A stretch of DNA of 64,000 nucleotides from Candidatus Zixiibacteriota bacterium (GCA_030613505.1 JAUWLW010000011.1:945-64944); one strand, 5' to 3'; positions 39,549 through 48,561 are shown, numbered from the stretch's first letter. Translations and numbers: made by a program. The notes: generated from the sequence alone by a model not told the origin.

Positions 39549-40010
39549 TTAGTCGTCGTCTTCGCTAAACGGAAAACCCGGCCCGGCGTGTTTATCCAGG
39601 CCGAAACTGCTGAAGACGCTTTTTCCCAGGTCGAAGTTCCCCACCGTAGGCGTAGGGATGTTCCTCGACACAGTTAAAGAGAGTTTAAGCTGGCCGCGAA
39701 GGACGTCGCCTTTGAACACTTCCCACTCGTGCCAGTACGTCGAGGCCGCCGTCCGCCCCTCGCCGGTCCAACCCTGCTCGCCGTAGGCGGAGTTGATGCA
39801 GTGGTAGAGCGTAAGCGCCAGGCACACGCGCCACACGTACTTGTCGGCGCCGGGGTCGGAAAGGTCGTAGCGGTCGCGCAGGACCGCCTCTATCTCCGCC
39901 TCCGCCCGGTCGCGGTTGGCGGTTACCCTAGCGTCCGCGCACAGCTCGCTCGTCAGCAGCGGGTACTCGGTCCGCACGTCGCTCACGTTCACGGGAGTTG
40001 TCCAGGCCAT
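39549..40010 (-). CDS. connector-like protein (152-aa family)
   Basis: MAWTTPVNVSDVRTEYPLLTSELCADARVTANRDRAEAEIEAVLRDRYDL.... Alternative ATG at 40016. Confidence 0.45.
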   Translation of the reverse strand: MAWTTPVNVSDVRTEYPLLTSELCADARVTANRDRAEAEIEAVLRDRYDLSDPGADKYVWRVCLALTLYHCINSAYGEQGWTGEGRTAASTYWHEWEVFKGDVLRGQLKLSLTVSRNIPTPTVGNFDLGKSVFSSFGLDKHAGPGFPFSEDDD

Positions 40011-40029
40011 TACCATACACCTTCCTTCG

Positions 40030-40130
40030 CCGGCCTCGAGCCGCTCAAGGCGCCGGTGGTAAACGCTGCGATCGTTTAATGGGGATTAAGCGCGATGGGA
40101 AACTTGCTGTGGGGAAACTTAATTAATTAC
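40030..40130. repeat. conserved intergenic element, copy C
   Basis: Same core. Here it lies downstream of the LLYVE-family gene. Confidence 0.55.
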
Positions 40131-40140
40131 GGCCGGGCCG

Positions 40141-41211
40141 CTACTCGACGTAAAGCAAGCCGTAGTCGTACGGCGGCGGGGCTTCGGCAGCCTCCGCTTC
40201 CGGGATGGAGACGGGAACCGGTTCCGCGGAGGTCCCGTCGGGATACGTTACCGCGATATGCGCGGTGTCCTCGTCCCTCGGGGGAGTTAAAATATATACA
40301 AAAGCATCGCGGGAGAGCGAGTAACATACAGGCCCCGGCGTTCCGTTGACCTTCACCTCGCGGTAACCGCCTGGCGCGCCGGCGTAGCGGAGGTAGATCG
40401 TACGTTCGTCGGCCTCCTCGGCCTTTGCGGTATCGTCGGCGTACGCTCTCGGGCCGGCGATCGCCGTCGGCGCCGCGGGTAGGAGTTGGCCTACTCCCTC
40501 CGGGCCGCCGTACGGAACGTACCGCGTCGGCTCGCGGCCGAAATGGTCCGGGAATATTCCGAGGGGAACGACGTCGAACGTCTTCTTGTCGACGTAGCCG
40601 TAAAGCCGCCGTCGGCCGTAAGAGGTTTTATCGTCATACAAAACGCAAATCCTGTCGTCGTCGGCCTCGCCGTCCAGGAAGACGGATCGTCCCAAGCGGG
40701 CGAGCTCAAGCGGAGGCCCCGCGGTCGGCTCGTACCGATATAGGACCGTCTCGCGGTACTTCTCGCCGTCGGCCCCGGTCGCGACCGCTTCCGCGCCGAC
40801 GTAGAACGCCCCCTCGCCGGCGTCGAAAATTACGTCCCCGTACGGCTGACGGGGCCCCTCTAATTCCAGGATAACCTCGGCCTCCCCGGACTCGCTCGAG
40901 GCGCCGGGGGCGGCGAGGCGGTAACAGACGAAACGCCCGTCGGCCTTCAGGTCGAAGCCGGCGACCAGGACCGTCTCCCACGGCTCGTCCGCGACGGCGC
41001 TCCATACGTGTAAATCGTGGAAGGAGGCGAGCTCCTCTCCCTCGCCGGTTCGTACGTCGACGAGGTAGAGGGTGAAGAGGTACTCGTCGCCGGCGTTCTT
41101 AAGCCACTCGCCGTAGAGACATCGCCAGGGGTCTTCTTCGGCGGCAGAGAAGGCGACCGTACTTAAAAGAAATAAACCCGCGGCGTAAAACGCCAATAGC
41201 TTACGGCCCAT
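40141..41211 (-). CDS. secreted hypothetical protein, 'LLYVE' family
   Basis: Signal peptide MGRKLLAFYAAGLFLLSTVAFSAA. Ends ...YDYGLLYVE. Confidence 0.6.
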   Translation of the reverse strand: MGRKLLAFYAAGLFLLSTVAFSAAEEDPWRCLYGEWLKNAGDEYLFTLYLVDVRTGEGEELASFHDLHVWSAVADEPWETVLVAGFDLKADGRFVCYRLAAPGASSESGEAEVILELEGPRQPYGDVIFDAGEGAFYVGAEAVATGADGEKYRETVLYRYEPTAGPPLELARLGRSVFLDGEADDDRICVLYDDKTSYGRRRLYGYVDKKTFDVVPLGIFPDHFGREPTRYVPYGGPEGVGQLLPAAPTAIAGPRAYADDTAKAEEADERTIYLRYAGAPGGYREVKVNGTPGPVCYSLSRDAFVYILTPPRDEDTAHIAVTYPDGTSAEPVPVSIPEAEAAEAPPPYDYGLLYVE

Positions 41212-41282
41212 CTCCGACGCCTCCCGTTCAGCGCGTTAAACGACGTAGTTCTACACGAGGATTCGATTGCGTCTTCGCCGTG

Positions 41283-41312
41283 AAATTAACACCGGGTCTA
41301 ACAGTTGTCAAG
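41283..41312 (-). promoter_or_regulatory. sigma70-like promoter TTGACA-18-TAATTT for 40141..41211
   Basis: Minus strand: -35 at 41312-41307, -10 at 41288-41283. SD GGGAGG before the ATG. Confidence 0.35.
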
Positions 41313-41319
41313 GAGCATA

Positions 41320-41405
41320 CCGGCCGCTCGAGGCGCCGGTGGTAAACGCTGTAATCGTTTAATAGGGATTAAGCGAGACGTGAAACTTGCTACGAGGGAA
41401 CGTTA
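41320..41405. repeat. conserved intergenic element, copy D
   Basis: Same core. Confidence 0.6.
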
Positions 41406-42338
41406 TTACTTATCTTCCGGCGCGACGCGGCGGAAATATTGGACGCGGCCGTTACCTTTATCAACGACGTATAACAACCCGCTAGCGGAAAACGCCAAAC
41501 TACATGGTGCGTAGAACTCGCCGGCGTTATAACCCTCTACCCCCCACGTACCTAAAAAAGAACCATTGGGCGTAAAATATTGAATGCGATGATTAAGCTC
41601 ATCAGCAACGTATACGTTACCGTCGGGGCCTACCGTAATACCAGTAGGGAAATCGAATTGCCCGACACCAACCCCGTGAGAACCCCACATACCCAAAAAA
41701 GAACCCGAACGATTAAAATATTGCACGCGATGGTTTTCCGAGTCGGTAACGAAGATTTCGCCGCCCGAACCAGCCGCGATATCTCCGGGGTCCCTAAAAC
41801 AACCCTCACCGCCACCCTTCGAACCCCATTCCCCTAAAACCGAACCGGTGGAATTGAAATGTTTAATACGGTTTTCCAGGCGGTCGGCTACGTAAACGTC
41901 GCCGTTAGCGGCCACACCCAAAGCGCTAGGAAAAGAAAAAGGACCTCCGACGGTTACAAAGGACCCCCACTCGTATACGAAATCGCCATCCCGCGTAAAC
42001 CGCTGGACCTTCCCGAGCTCGGTTTGGAGAATGTAAATATCGCCGTTGGGGGCTACCTCCACCGCTTCCGGGAAATCAAACTCCCCCTCGCCCTCGGCGA
42101 AATTACCCCACGTACTTATTACCGACCCGGAAGGCGTATATTTGGCGAGACGTTGCATGCTTAAATCAATTACGTATACGTTTCCTTCAACGCCGACGGC
42201 AACACGGCCGGGAAGTGAAAAATTCATTGCCCCGTCCAAGGTACGCCACTCGCCCGCATATTCGTATTCGTTACCGATAAAAGGCCTACCGAATGCGAGC
42301 GACAAAAGGATAAATACCATTAAAAATCGAACCCGCAT
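41406..42338 (-). CDS. secreted NHL-repeat protein (...YFRRVAPEDK)
   Basis: Near-duplicate of 37795..38727. Confidence 0.8.
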   Translation of the reverse strand: MRVRFLMVFILLSLAFGRPFIGNEYEYAGEWRTLDGAMNFSLPGRVAVGVEGNVYVIDLSMQRLAKYTPSGSVISTWGNFAEGEGEFDFPEAVEVAPNGDIYILQTELGKVQRFTRDGDFVYEWGSFVTVGGPFSFPSALGVAANGDVYVADRLENRIKHFNSTGSVLGEWGSKGGGEGCFRDPGDIAAGSGGEIFVTDSENHRVQYFNRSGSFLGMWGSHGVGVGQFDFPTGITVGPDGNVYVADELNHRIQYFTPNGSFLGTWGVEGYNAGEFYAPCSLAFSASGLLYVVDKGNGRVQYFRRVAPEDK

Positions 42339-42451
42339 ATTCTACATCCCGTGGACGTCGTTAAATATCTTATTGTCTTATTATAGCTATTGAAAGCGGA
42401 AACGTAAAGCCCTTACGTAATCGTGGTAAATGGATTAGAATATTTAAACGC

Positions 42452-43150
42452 TTAAGGGCGGGCGGGCCCGAAAGGCCAAGGACAAGTATACCGGACATTA
42501 ACGTACCAATGGGGCGGGTCGCCCGGCAAGTCGGAAAATCCCTCCACGTCGTTGAGACCTATACTTTTTAAGACAGCTGGGTCCATCGGCGGGTCGAATT
42601 GGTTAGCGAAAAAAGTTTTAGCTTCCGGCCTAGTAACAACGTCAACGGCGCAACCGTTCCAATGGCCGAACGCGTCCCCGGCGTCCCGGACGCCGTAAGG
42701 GTCGTCTTCGGGGTAACCGTTAAGTATTGTCTTACCCAAGCGACGATAACCCGACGTTAGGTAGATAACCGGCTTCCTTTCGGCGCGTTGGCCTTTGGGG
42801 CGAGGGAATAACTTCTTGTGCTCCTCCCACGCTGCGTCGCGCCACTCGCGCAGCTTCTCGATTAACTCCGGACGCGCCAACATACATCGGTCGGCGTGGT
42901 CTGTCGTAGCGACGGTGGTCGGAATGGGAACTAGGATATTCTTCTCGATGTCGTCGACGACGGCCTGTAAATCCTCCCACGAACTTACGCCCGGTTGGTG
43001 CTTTTTAAAACTCGCAATCAAATCCCTTATCGCAGTCCGTTCTTCCGAGTCGTCGGAATACGCGTACGACGCCAACGTTCGGAAGCGGCACGAGTTCAAC
43101 CCCCGAACCAAGGAATATCGGGCCAAAGGTCCCATAGGATCGGTAGCCAT
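42452..43150 (-). CDS. peptidase M15-family zinc peptidase (duplicate)
   Basis: SGYRRLGK...FGHWNGCAVDVV...PPHWYV. Confidence 0.55.
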   Translation of the reverse strand: MATDPMGPLARYSLVRGLNSCRFRTLASYAYSDDSEERTAIRDLIASFKKHQPGVSSWEDLQAVVDDIEKNILVPIPTTVATTDHADRCMLARPELIEKLREWRDAAWEEHKKLFPRPKGQRAERKPVIYLTSGYRRLGKTILNGYPEDDPYGVRDAGDAFGHWNGCAVDVVTRPEAKTFFANQFDPPMDPAVLKSIGLNDVEGFSDLPGDPPHWYVNVRYTCPWPFGPARP

Positions 43151-43158
43151 TTTCCCCC

Positions 43159-43620
43159 TTAGTCGTCGTCTTCGCCGAACGGGAATCCCGGACCCGGATG
43201 TTTATTCAAGCCGAAACTGCTGAAGGCGCTCTTTCCCAGATCGAAGTTCCCCACCGTCGGCGTAGGGATGTTCCTCGACACAGTTAAAGAGAGTTTAAGC
43301 TGACCGCGAAGGACGTCGCCTTTGAACACTTCCCACTCGTGCCAGTACGTCGAGGCCGCCGTCCGCCCCTCGCCGGTCCAGCCCTGTTCGCCGTAGGCGG
43401 AGTTGATGCAGTGGTAGAGCGTCAGCGCCAGGCAGATGCGCCACACGTACTTGTCGGCGCCCGGGTCGGTCAGCGCGTAGCGGTCGCGCAGGACCGCCTC
43501 TATCTCCGCCTCCGCGCGGTCGCGGTTGGCGGTAACGCGCGCGTCCGCGCACAGGTCGCTCGTCAGCAGCGGGTACTCCGTCCGAACGTCGCTCACGTTA
43601 ACGGGAGTCGTCCATGACAT
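43159..43620 (-). CDS. connector-like protein (152-aa family)
   Basis: MSWTTPVNVSDVRTEYPLL.... Its start is 6 nt after the portal stop. Confidence 0.45.
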   Translation of the reverse strand: MSWTTPVNVSDVRTEYPLLTSDLCADARVTANRDRAEAEIEAVLRDRYALTDPGADKYVWRICLALTLYHCINSAYGEQGWTGEGRTAASTYWHEWEVFKGDVLRGQLKLSLTVSRNIPTPTVGNFDLGKSAFSSFGLNKHPGPGFPFGEDDD

Positions 43621-43626
43621 CGCCTT

Positions 43627-44925
43627 TCACCTTCCTGGTTGCGCCCCGACGGTTTCCGCCACATCCCCCTCGCCCTTGGGCATGGGCTCTTCCTCGGCGG
43701 CGGCGGGGCCGGCGGTCGGGGGGGGCGAGGCCGGCGTCTCTTCCGGCATCTTGAGGCCCATCTGCGCCACCTTGTCGCGGCAGGCTTCGATGGTGCGGCG
43801 GTCGGCGTTGGCCGAGAGGATGCCGCGGCACAGCTCGAGTATGAACTCGCGCTTGTCGTCGGAGAGTGGCTCGGCCTCGAGGTAGCACGTCGGCGGTTTT
43901 TGGAAGTTGTACTGGACCAGCTTCTTGACGTTGTGCTCGTTCTCGGCGCGCAGGACGTCGCCGGCGATGCCGTCGGTGGTCTTGGTGAAGAACTTGGAGT
44001 GGACCTCGGCCTGCTTGTACGCGCCCACCTCGCCCTGCGTCACGACGCGGTCCGGGATGCGGAGCGCGCGGAACATCTCGACGTTGAAGTAGTCGAGCTT
44101 CCCTACCCAGTGGCTGCCGTCGCCGGCGGGCGGGACAACGTCGACGTCCCACAGCGGGTTGCGGCCGTCGTCGAAGACCTGGGGCAGCGTGACGTAGGAG
44201 TTGTCGCGCACGTCGCGGCCCAGCGTCTGCGCCGCGCCGCGGTTGGTTACGTCGTCGCCGGTGTCGGGCGGATACTTCACCTTGACGAAGGGGGTGCCGA
44301 AGCGCTCGGCCTCGCGCAGCATGAACAACGTCAGCATCTCGTGGTTGTACCAGGCGCGGTAGCAGGACTTGGTGGCCGGGATGCCGTAGAGGTTGCCGAA
44401 CTCGTCGTCGTGGGCGTACCAGGCCGACTTGTCGGCGGGGACGTTTATGATGTCGCCGGCGAGCTGCTGGAATCCGTTGTAGGAGCCGTGCTCGTCGGCC
44501 AACCAGCGGCAGTTCTCGGGGTGCGGGTCGCGCAACTCGCGGAAGACCCACCTGGGCGCGCCGTGGTAGTCCACCGAGGTCCAGACGTGCTCGAGCGGCG
44601 CGTAACCGAAGTCGAGGGCGTTGAGGCACATTTTAGTGAAGCGGTCGCTCCACGGCTCCAGGTACTGCGACTCGACGAAGCGGCGCACGTCGGCGTCGTC
44701 GCACACCACGCGCTTCTCCGCCGCCAGCACCGCCATTTTGATGACGGCCAGGCCGAAGTGAATTTGCGGGTACTCGCGCATCCGCTTGAGCGAGGAGAAC
44801 GATATCGACGAGGGGTTGTAGACGCCCAGCTCGGCGATGAGCCGCGCGGCGTACTGGTAATAAAAACGGGTCAGCGACGCCTGATACGCCGCCGGGGTTT
44901 TTTTGCGGTCTTTATTCTGCGCCAT
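43627..44925 (-). CDS. phage portal protein (putative)
   Basis: 432 aa, overlaps the TerL stop by 14 nt. Acidic/Pro-rich C-terminus. Position is canonical. Confidence 0.55.
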   Translation of the reverse strand: MAQNKDRKKTPAAYQASLTRFYYQYAARLIAELGVYNPSSISFSSLKRMREYPQIHFGLAVIKMAVLAAEKRVVCDDADVRRFVESQYLEPWSDRFTKMCLNALDFGYAPLEHVWTSVDYHGAPRWVFRELRDPHPENCRWLADEHGSYNGFQQLAGDIINVPADKSAWYAHDDEFGNLYGIPATKSCYRAWYNHEMLTLFMLREAERFGTPFVKVKYPPDTGDDVTNRGAAQTLGRDVRDNSYVTLPQVFDDGRNPLWDVDVVPPAGDGSHWVGKLDYFNVEMFRALRIPDRVVTQGEVGAYKQAEVHSKFFTKTTDGIAGDVLRAENEHNVKKLVQYNFQKPPTCYLEAEPLSDDKREFILELCRGILSANADRRTIEACRDKVAQMGLKMPEETPASPPPTAGPAAAEEEPMPKGEGDVAETVGAQPGR

Positions 44926-46216
44926 AGTCTAAACCTCTGCTTTGGTATACCCGGCCGCCGTCGGCGGTCGGTAGGGCGCTCGAGCTCCCGCGCCCCAATC
45001 CCCAACAGGCCAGCGCCAGCGCGGTCACGGCGTCGTCGTGGTAGCCGGCCGGCGCGCCGTAGCGGACGCCCCCTCCCGGGAGCTGCTCGGCGGCGTAGAT
45101 CTCGAGCTCGCTCAGTAGCGCCGGCACGTCCGGGAAGCGAACGGTTCGCTCCGCCAGCGCCAGCGCCAGATTCTCCACCAGGCGGCGCTTGGTCTCGGCG
45201 GTGAACTTGTAGCCGCGCGCCGGGACGCCCAGCGACTTCAAGCGGTCGTAGACCGGGTCGCCTAGGCCGGTGCTGTCGAGCCACACCGTCGCGTCGTGGT
45301 AGCGGCTCGAGGCGCTGCGGACCTTCGCCACCTGGAACTCCCAGTCGAGCTGGTTGAAGCGCTCGAAGTGGACCAGCGCCCGGCTCGAGCGCTTGAGCAC
45401 GCACATCACGGTGAAGTCGGTCGTCTTGGCGAGGTCGCAGCCGACGACGTAGGTCTCGTCCGGCTGCGGCTCCTCCAGGTCGCCGGCGACGCACTCGCGG
45501 ATGTCGTGGAAGACGCCGCCCAGGTCGCCCAGGAACTCGGCCAGAATTTCCTGGCGGTAGACGTTCTCGGGTAGGCTGCGGGCCTCGGCGTCGATGCTGG
45601 CCGCGGGGAGGATGCCGTCGTAACTGGTGAAGTGGAAGCCGACGTAGCCCGGTTCCGCGGCGGCGGCTCGCGCCCACAGCTCGTGCGCCTGGTTGAGGCC
45701 CTTGGGCGTGAAGATGAAGAGGGCGGGCGCGTCGCGGGCCATAAGGGTAGGGCGGACGCACTCCTCCCAGGCGTAGCGGCTCCAGAGGCTGAACTCCTCG
45801 GCCACCAGGCCGGCGACGGAGAGCGGCCGGACAGCGTCCGGGTTGTCCATCGAGCGCAGGATTATTTTGGCGTCGTTGGCCAGCGTCAATACGTGCTCCG
45901 TCTTGTTGTAGGCGTCGCCCCAGCCGCCGCCCCGGAGGGCTTCGGCCGGGATGGCGCGGATCATTTCGGGGACGAGCTGGTCGCGCAGGTAAGCGTACTC
46001 GGGCGCGGCGACGAGAACGTACGCGCCGGGTTGGGCGTCGCAGGCCCAGTCGCGGGCGACGCGCACGGCGGCGAAGGTCTTGCCGAACTTGCGGCCGGCG
46101 CGCACGACGACGCGCCTGTGTTTATCGAGAACGCACGCGCGGTAGACGGCATATTGCTTAGGATTTCGCCTTAGCGTTGCGTCCCTTATTCTTATGCGAG
46201 TTTTCGGGAGGCACAA
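44912..46216 (-). CDS. terminase large subunit
   Basis: Walker A-like VRAGRKFGKT. Nuclease-region acidic motifs VGCDLAKTTDF and HDD. Confidence 0.75.
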   Translation of the reverse strand: MCLPKTRIRIRDATLRRNPKQYAVYRACVLDKHRRVVVRAGRKFGKTFAAVRVARDWACDAQPGAYVLVAAPEYAYLRDQLVPEMIRAIPAEALRGGGWGDAYNKTEHVLTLANDAKIILRSMDNPDAVRPLSVAGLVAEEFSLWSRYAWEECVRPTLMARDAPALFIFTPKGLNQAHELWARAAAAEPGYVGFHFTSYDGILPAASIDAEARSLPENVYRQEILAEFLGDLGGVFHDIRECVAGDLEEPQPDETYVVGCDLAKTTDFTVMCVLKRSSRALVHFERFNQLDWEFQVAKVRSASSRYHDATVWLDSTGLGDPVYDRLKSLGVPARGYKFTAETKRRLVENLALALAERTVRFPDVPALLSELEIYAAEQLPGGGVRYGAPAGYHDDAVTALALACWGLGRGSSSALPTADGGRVYQSRGLDYGAE

Positions 46217-46547
46217 CTTCGGAGATTATTTCAACGGCGCCTTCGCCGCCGCCGGGTTGGCGAGCGCGTTCATGGGCGGCCTCGAGTTCCTTGAGGAAGA
46301 GTTGGATCGCCTTGTAGTCGCCCTCCTCGGCGCGGTCGGCCAGGACCTCGTAGATGCGGGCGGCGCGGCTGAGGAGGTAGGCGTCGAGGCGGCGCCGCGA
46401 GGCGGCCCAGACGGCCGAGGTGAGCTTGCGGACGAGGGTGCGAACGCCGACGCCGAGGGCCCGGCCTTTGGCGAGGAGGCCCCTGGTGCGAGAGGAGGCG
46501 AGGACCTCGGCCAGGCGCTCGTCGGTGGGTTCTTTGTTGGATGGCAC
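46158..46547 (-). CDS. putative terminase small subunit
   Basis: 129-aa helical protein overlapping the TerL start. Position only. Confidence 0.35.
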   Translation of the reverse strand: MPSNKEPTDERLAEVLASSRTRGLLAKGRALGVGVRTLVRKLTSAVWAASRRRLDAYLLSRAARIYEVLADRAEEGDYKAIQLFLKELEAAHERARQPGGGEGAVEIISEVVPPENSHKNKGRNAKAKS

Positions 46548-46608
46548 ACGTTAAGGCGGGGACGTACGGCGGCCTCCCCCCCAATACCCTTACCCGTCCA
46601 GAGGGAGG

Positions 46609-46657
46609 TCGGACGATGAAACCCTCGGTTTCTTCGGACGATGAAACGTATGGTTTC
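46609..46657. repeat. two tandem ~25-bp units, each a 14-bp direct repeat TCGGACGATGAAAC plus an internal inverted repeat (GAAACC/GGTTTC)
   Basis: Repeats at 46609-46622 and 46634-46647. Located 60-110 nt upstream of the TerS start. Confidence 0.6.
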
Positions 46658-46841
46658 CCCCCGGAGGGGGTGCTCGCGGCTGCACTTTTTCCGCGCGGGT
46701 TCACCGCGAGCCGGTAGGGACTAAGGCGCGGCCTCGCGTGGGGCCGCGCTCGCCTATATTATTAGCAGCGGCGGGGTATTAGTCAACGTGCTAAAGGGGG
46801 CTAAATGCGGTTAAACGGGGGCGGGGGTGGTTAGGTAAGTA

Positions 46842-47819
46842 TTATTGTTCGTCCCACTTTACCACCGGCTTGAAGTACTGGATCCGGCCGTTGCCCTGGT
46901 CGACGACGTAGACCCAGCCGTTGGGGCCGACGGCCAGGGCCGAAATCCAACCGAACCGGCCGGCCTTCGTGCCAGCCGCGCCCCACTGGCCCAGGTACGA
47001 ACCGCTCGAGGTGAAGTATTGAACGCGGTAGTTGCGGTCGTCGGCGACGAAGACGGTCCCGTCCGGGCCGACGGCGACGTCCGTGGGTTGTCGCAATTCG
47101 CCGGAGCCGGAACCGCCCACACCCCAAAAGCCAAGGTAGTCGCCGCGCGAGCCGTAATACTCGATAAAGTTATAGCCGTAGTCCGCGACGTACACCGCGC
47201 CGTACGGGCCTACGCCTATGCCGTATCCCGACGCGACCCAATGAGCGACCAAGAAACCGGCGGGAGTGAAGCAATCGATACTCACCGAGTGCGGCATCTT
47301 GAGCGGGGGCGGGCGCCTGTAACTGACGTAGATATTCCCGTCCGCGCCGGCCGCCACGTCTTCGAGAATCGGCGAACAGATACCGCGGACGCGGCCGTAA
47401 CGGGCGGGCCAATCCGTAACGTAAGAACGCTCGGCGTCGTAAACGACGATACGGACATCGTAAACGTCGGTTACGTAAACGGTCCCGTCCGACCCGGCGG
47501 CAACTCCGCGCGACGCGAACATCCCCGACTCGCTTTCGGGCGGGGGCGGTAACGTACCCAGGTACGAGCCCTCCGGCGTGAAATAGTACACGCCCGGAGC
47601 GGAGTCTTCAGTTACGTAAACCGTCCCGTCGGGCCCCACCGCAATACGAGTGGGCCGCATGAAAACCGGCGCCTCCTCGCCCTCGGCGGGCGCGAGGCCG
47701 CAGCGGTTCCACTCCCCCGCGTATTCGTACGCGACGGCGGCCTCCCCGGCCGTAGGGCCTACGCTCGCCACGACGACGAAGCACAGTGAAGCAACGAGCA
47801 AACAAACGTGCTTGTTCAT
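46842..47819 (-). CDS. secreted NHL-like beta-propeller protein (...YFKPVVKWDEQ)
   Basis: Start trimmed to MNKHVCLLVASLCFVVVASVG (signal peptide). Confidence 0.65.
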   Translation of the reverse strand: MNKHVCLLVASLCFVVVASVGPTAGEAAVAYEYAGEWNRCGLAPAEGEEAPVFMRPTRIAVGPDGTVYVTEDSAPGVYYFTPEGSYLGTLPPPPESESGMFASRGVAAGSDGTVYVTDVYDVRIVVYDAERSYVTDWPARYGRVRGICSPILEDVAAGADGNIYVSYRRPPPLKMPHSVSIDCFTPAGFLVAHWVASGYGIGVGPYGAVYVADYGYNFIEYYGSRGDYLGFWGVGGSGSGELRQPTDVAVGPDGTVFVADDRNYRVQYFTSSGSYLGQWGAAGTKAGRFGWISALAVGPNGWVYVVDQGNGRIQYFKPVVKWDEQ

Positions 47820-47834
47820 ATTATAAGCCCCCAT

Positions 47835-47856
47835 GGGGCGCAAAGCTTTGCGCCCC
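47835..47856. repeat. palindrome family member GGGGCGCAAAGCTTTGCGCCCC
   Basis: Perfect 22-bp palindrome abutting the cupin gene stop. Confidence 0.6.
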
Positions 47857-48194
47857 TACAGACGCCGATACCTGTCCGCCTCGTCGAAGATGTCCAACAG
47901 GCGGGAGCCCGCTTTAATGCGGGCGGTATGCGGGGCGCCGGCGGGAACGAAGTACGTATCGCCTCTCCGGTAAACGGCCTTCTCGCCGGCCATCGTCAGC
48001 TCGACCTCGCCGTCCAGGACGACGACCCACTGCGCCGCGTGCGACTCCTCGGGCGCGTCGACGTCGTCGTCGAACGCGACGAAGACCACCTGCTTACGCT
48101 CGCCCTGCAAGAGGTACGCACGCACGCGCTCGCCGGGGACGTCGGCCCGCGGCAGATTGGTTATGATTTCCGGAAAGAAGTCCTCTTGCACCAA
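47856..48194 (-). CDS. cupin-domain protein
   Basis: 112 aa. Conserved G(D)TY..P.G.PH. Confidence 0.65.
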   Translation of the reverse strand: MVQEDFFPEIITNLPRADVPGERVRAYLLQGERKQVVFVAFDDDVDAPEESHAAQWVVVLDGEVELTMAGEKAVYRRGDTYFVPAGAPHTARIKAGSRLLDIFDEADRYRRL

Positions 48195-48222
48195 GGTTCA
48201 ACCTCCTGTTTGAATAACGCCC

Positions 48223-48561
48223 CTACTTAGCGCGGTAGCGGTCCTCCTGGTCGAAGAGGTCCTGGAGGCTCGAGCCGCCTTTGATGCGCGCGCTGTGGGG
48301 GACGCCGGCGGCGATGGAGTACGTATCTCCTTTGTGGAAAGTATTCGTCTCGCCGCCGACGGTCAGCTCGATCTCGCCGTCCAGGACCGCGCCCCACTGC
48401 GCCGCGTGGTCGTGTTCGGGCACGTCGACGTCGTCGGCGAAGGTCATGAAGACGAGCTGCTTGCCGTCGCCCTGGAACAGGTACGCGCGTACGCCGGCGA
48501 GCGGAACGTCGGCCTGCGGCAACGTCGTAACGATATCCGGGAAGAAGTCCTCCTGGGGCAA
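48223..48561 (-). CDS. cupin-domain protein (tandem paralog)
   Basis: 112 aa, about 65% identical to 47856..48194. Confidence 0.65.
   Translation of the reverse strand: MPQEDFFPDIVTTLPQADVPLAGVRAYLFQGDGKQLVFMTFADDVDVPEHDHAAQWGAVLDGEIELTVGGETNTFHKGDTYSIAAGVPHSARIKGGSSLQDLFDQEDRYRAK

Noticed and set aside
46842-47843. Longer ORF start MRPMGAYNM... for the NHL-like gene
   Set aside because: That extension overlaps the conserved palindrome and the cupin stop. The internal ATG at 47819 gives a canonical signal peptide (MNKHVCLL...).
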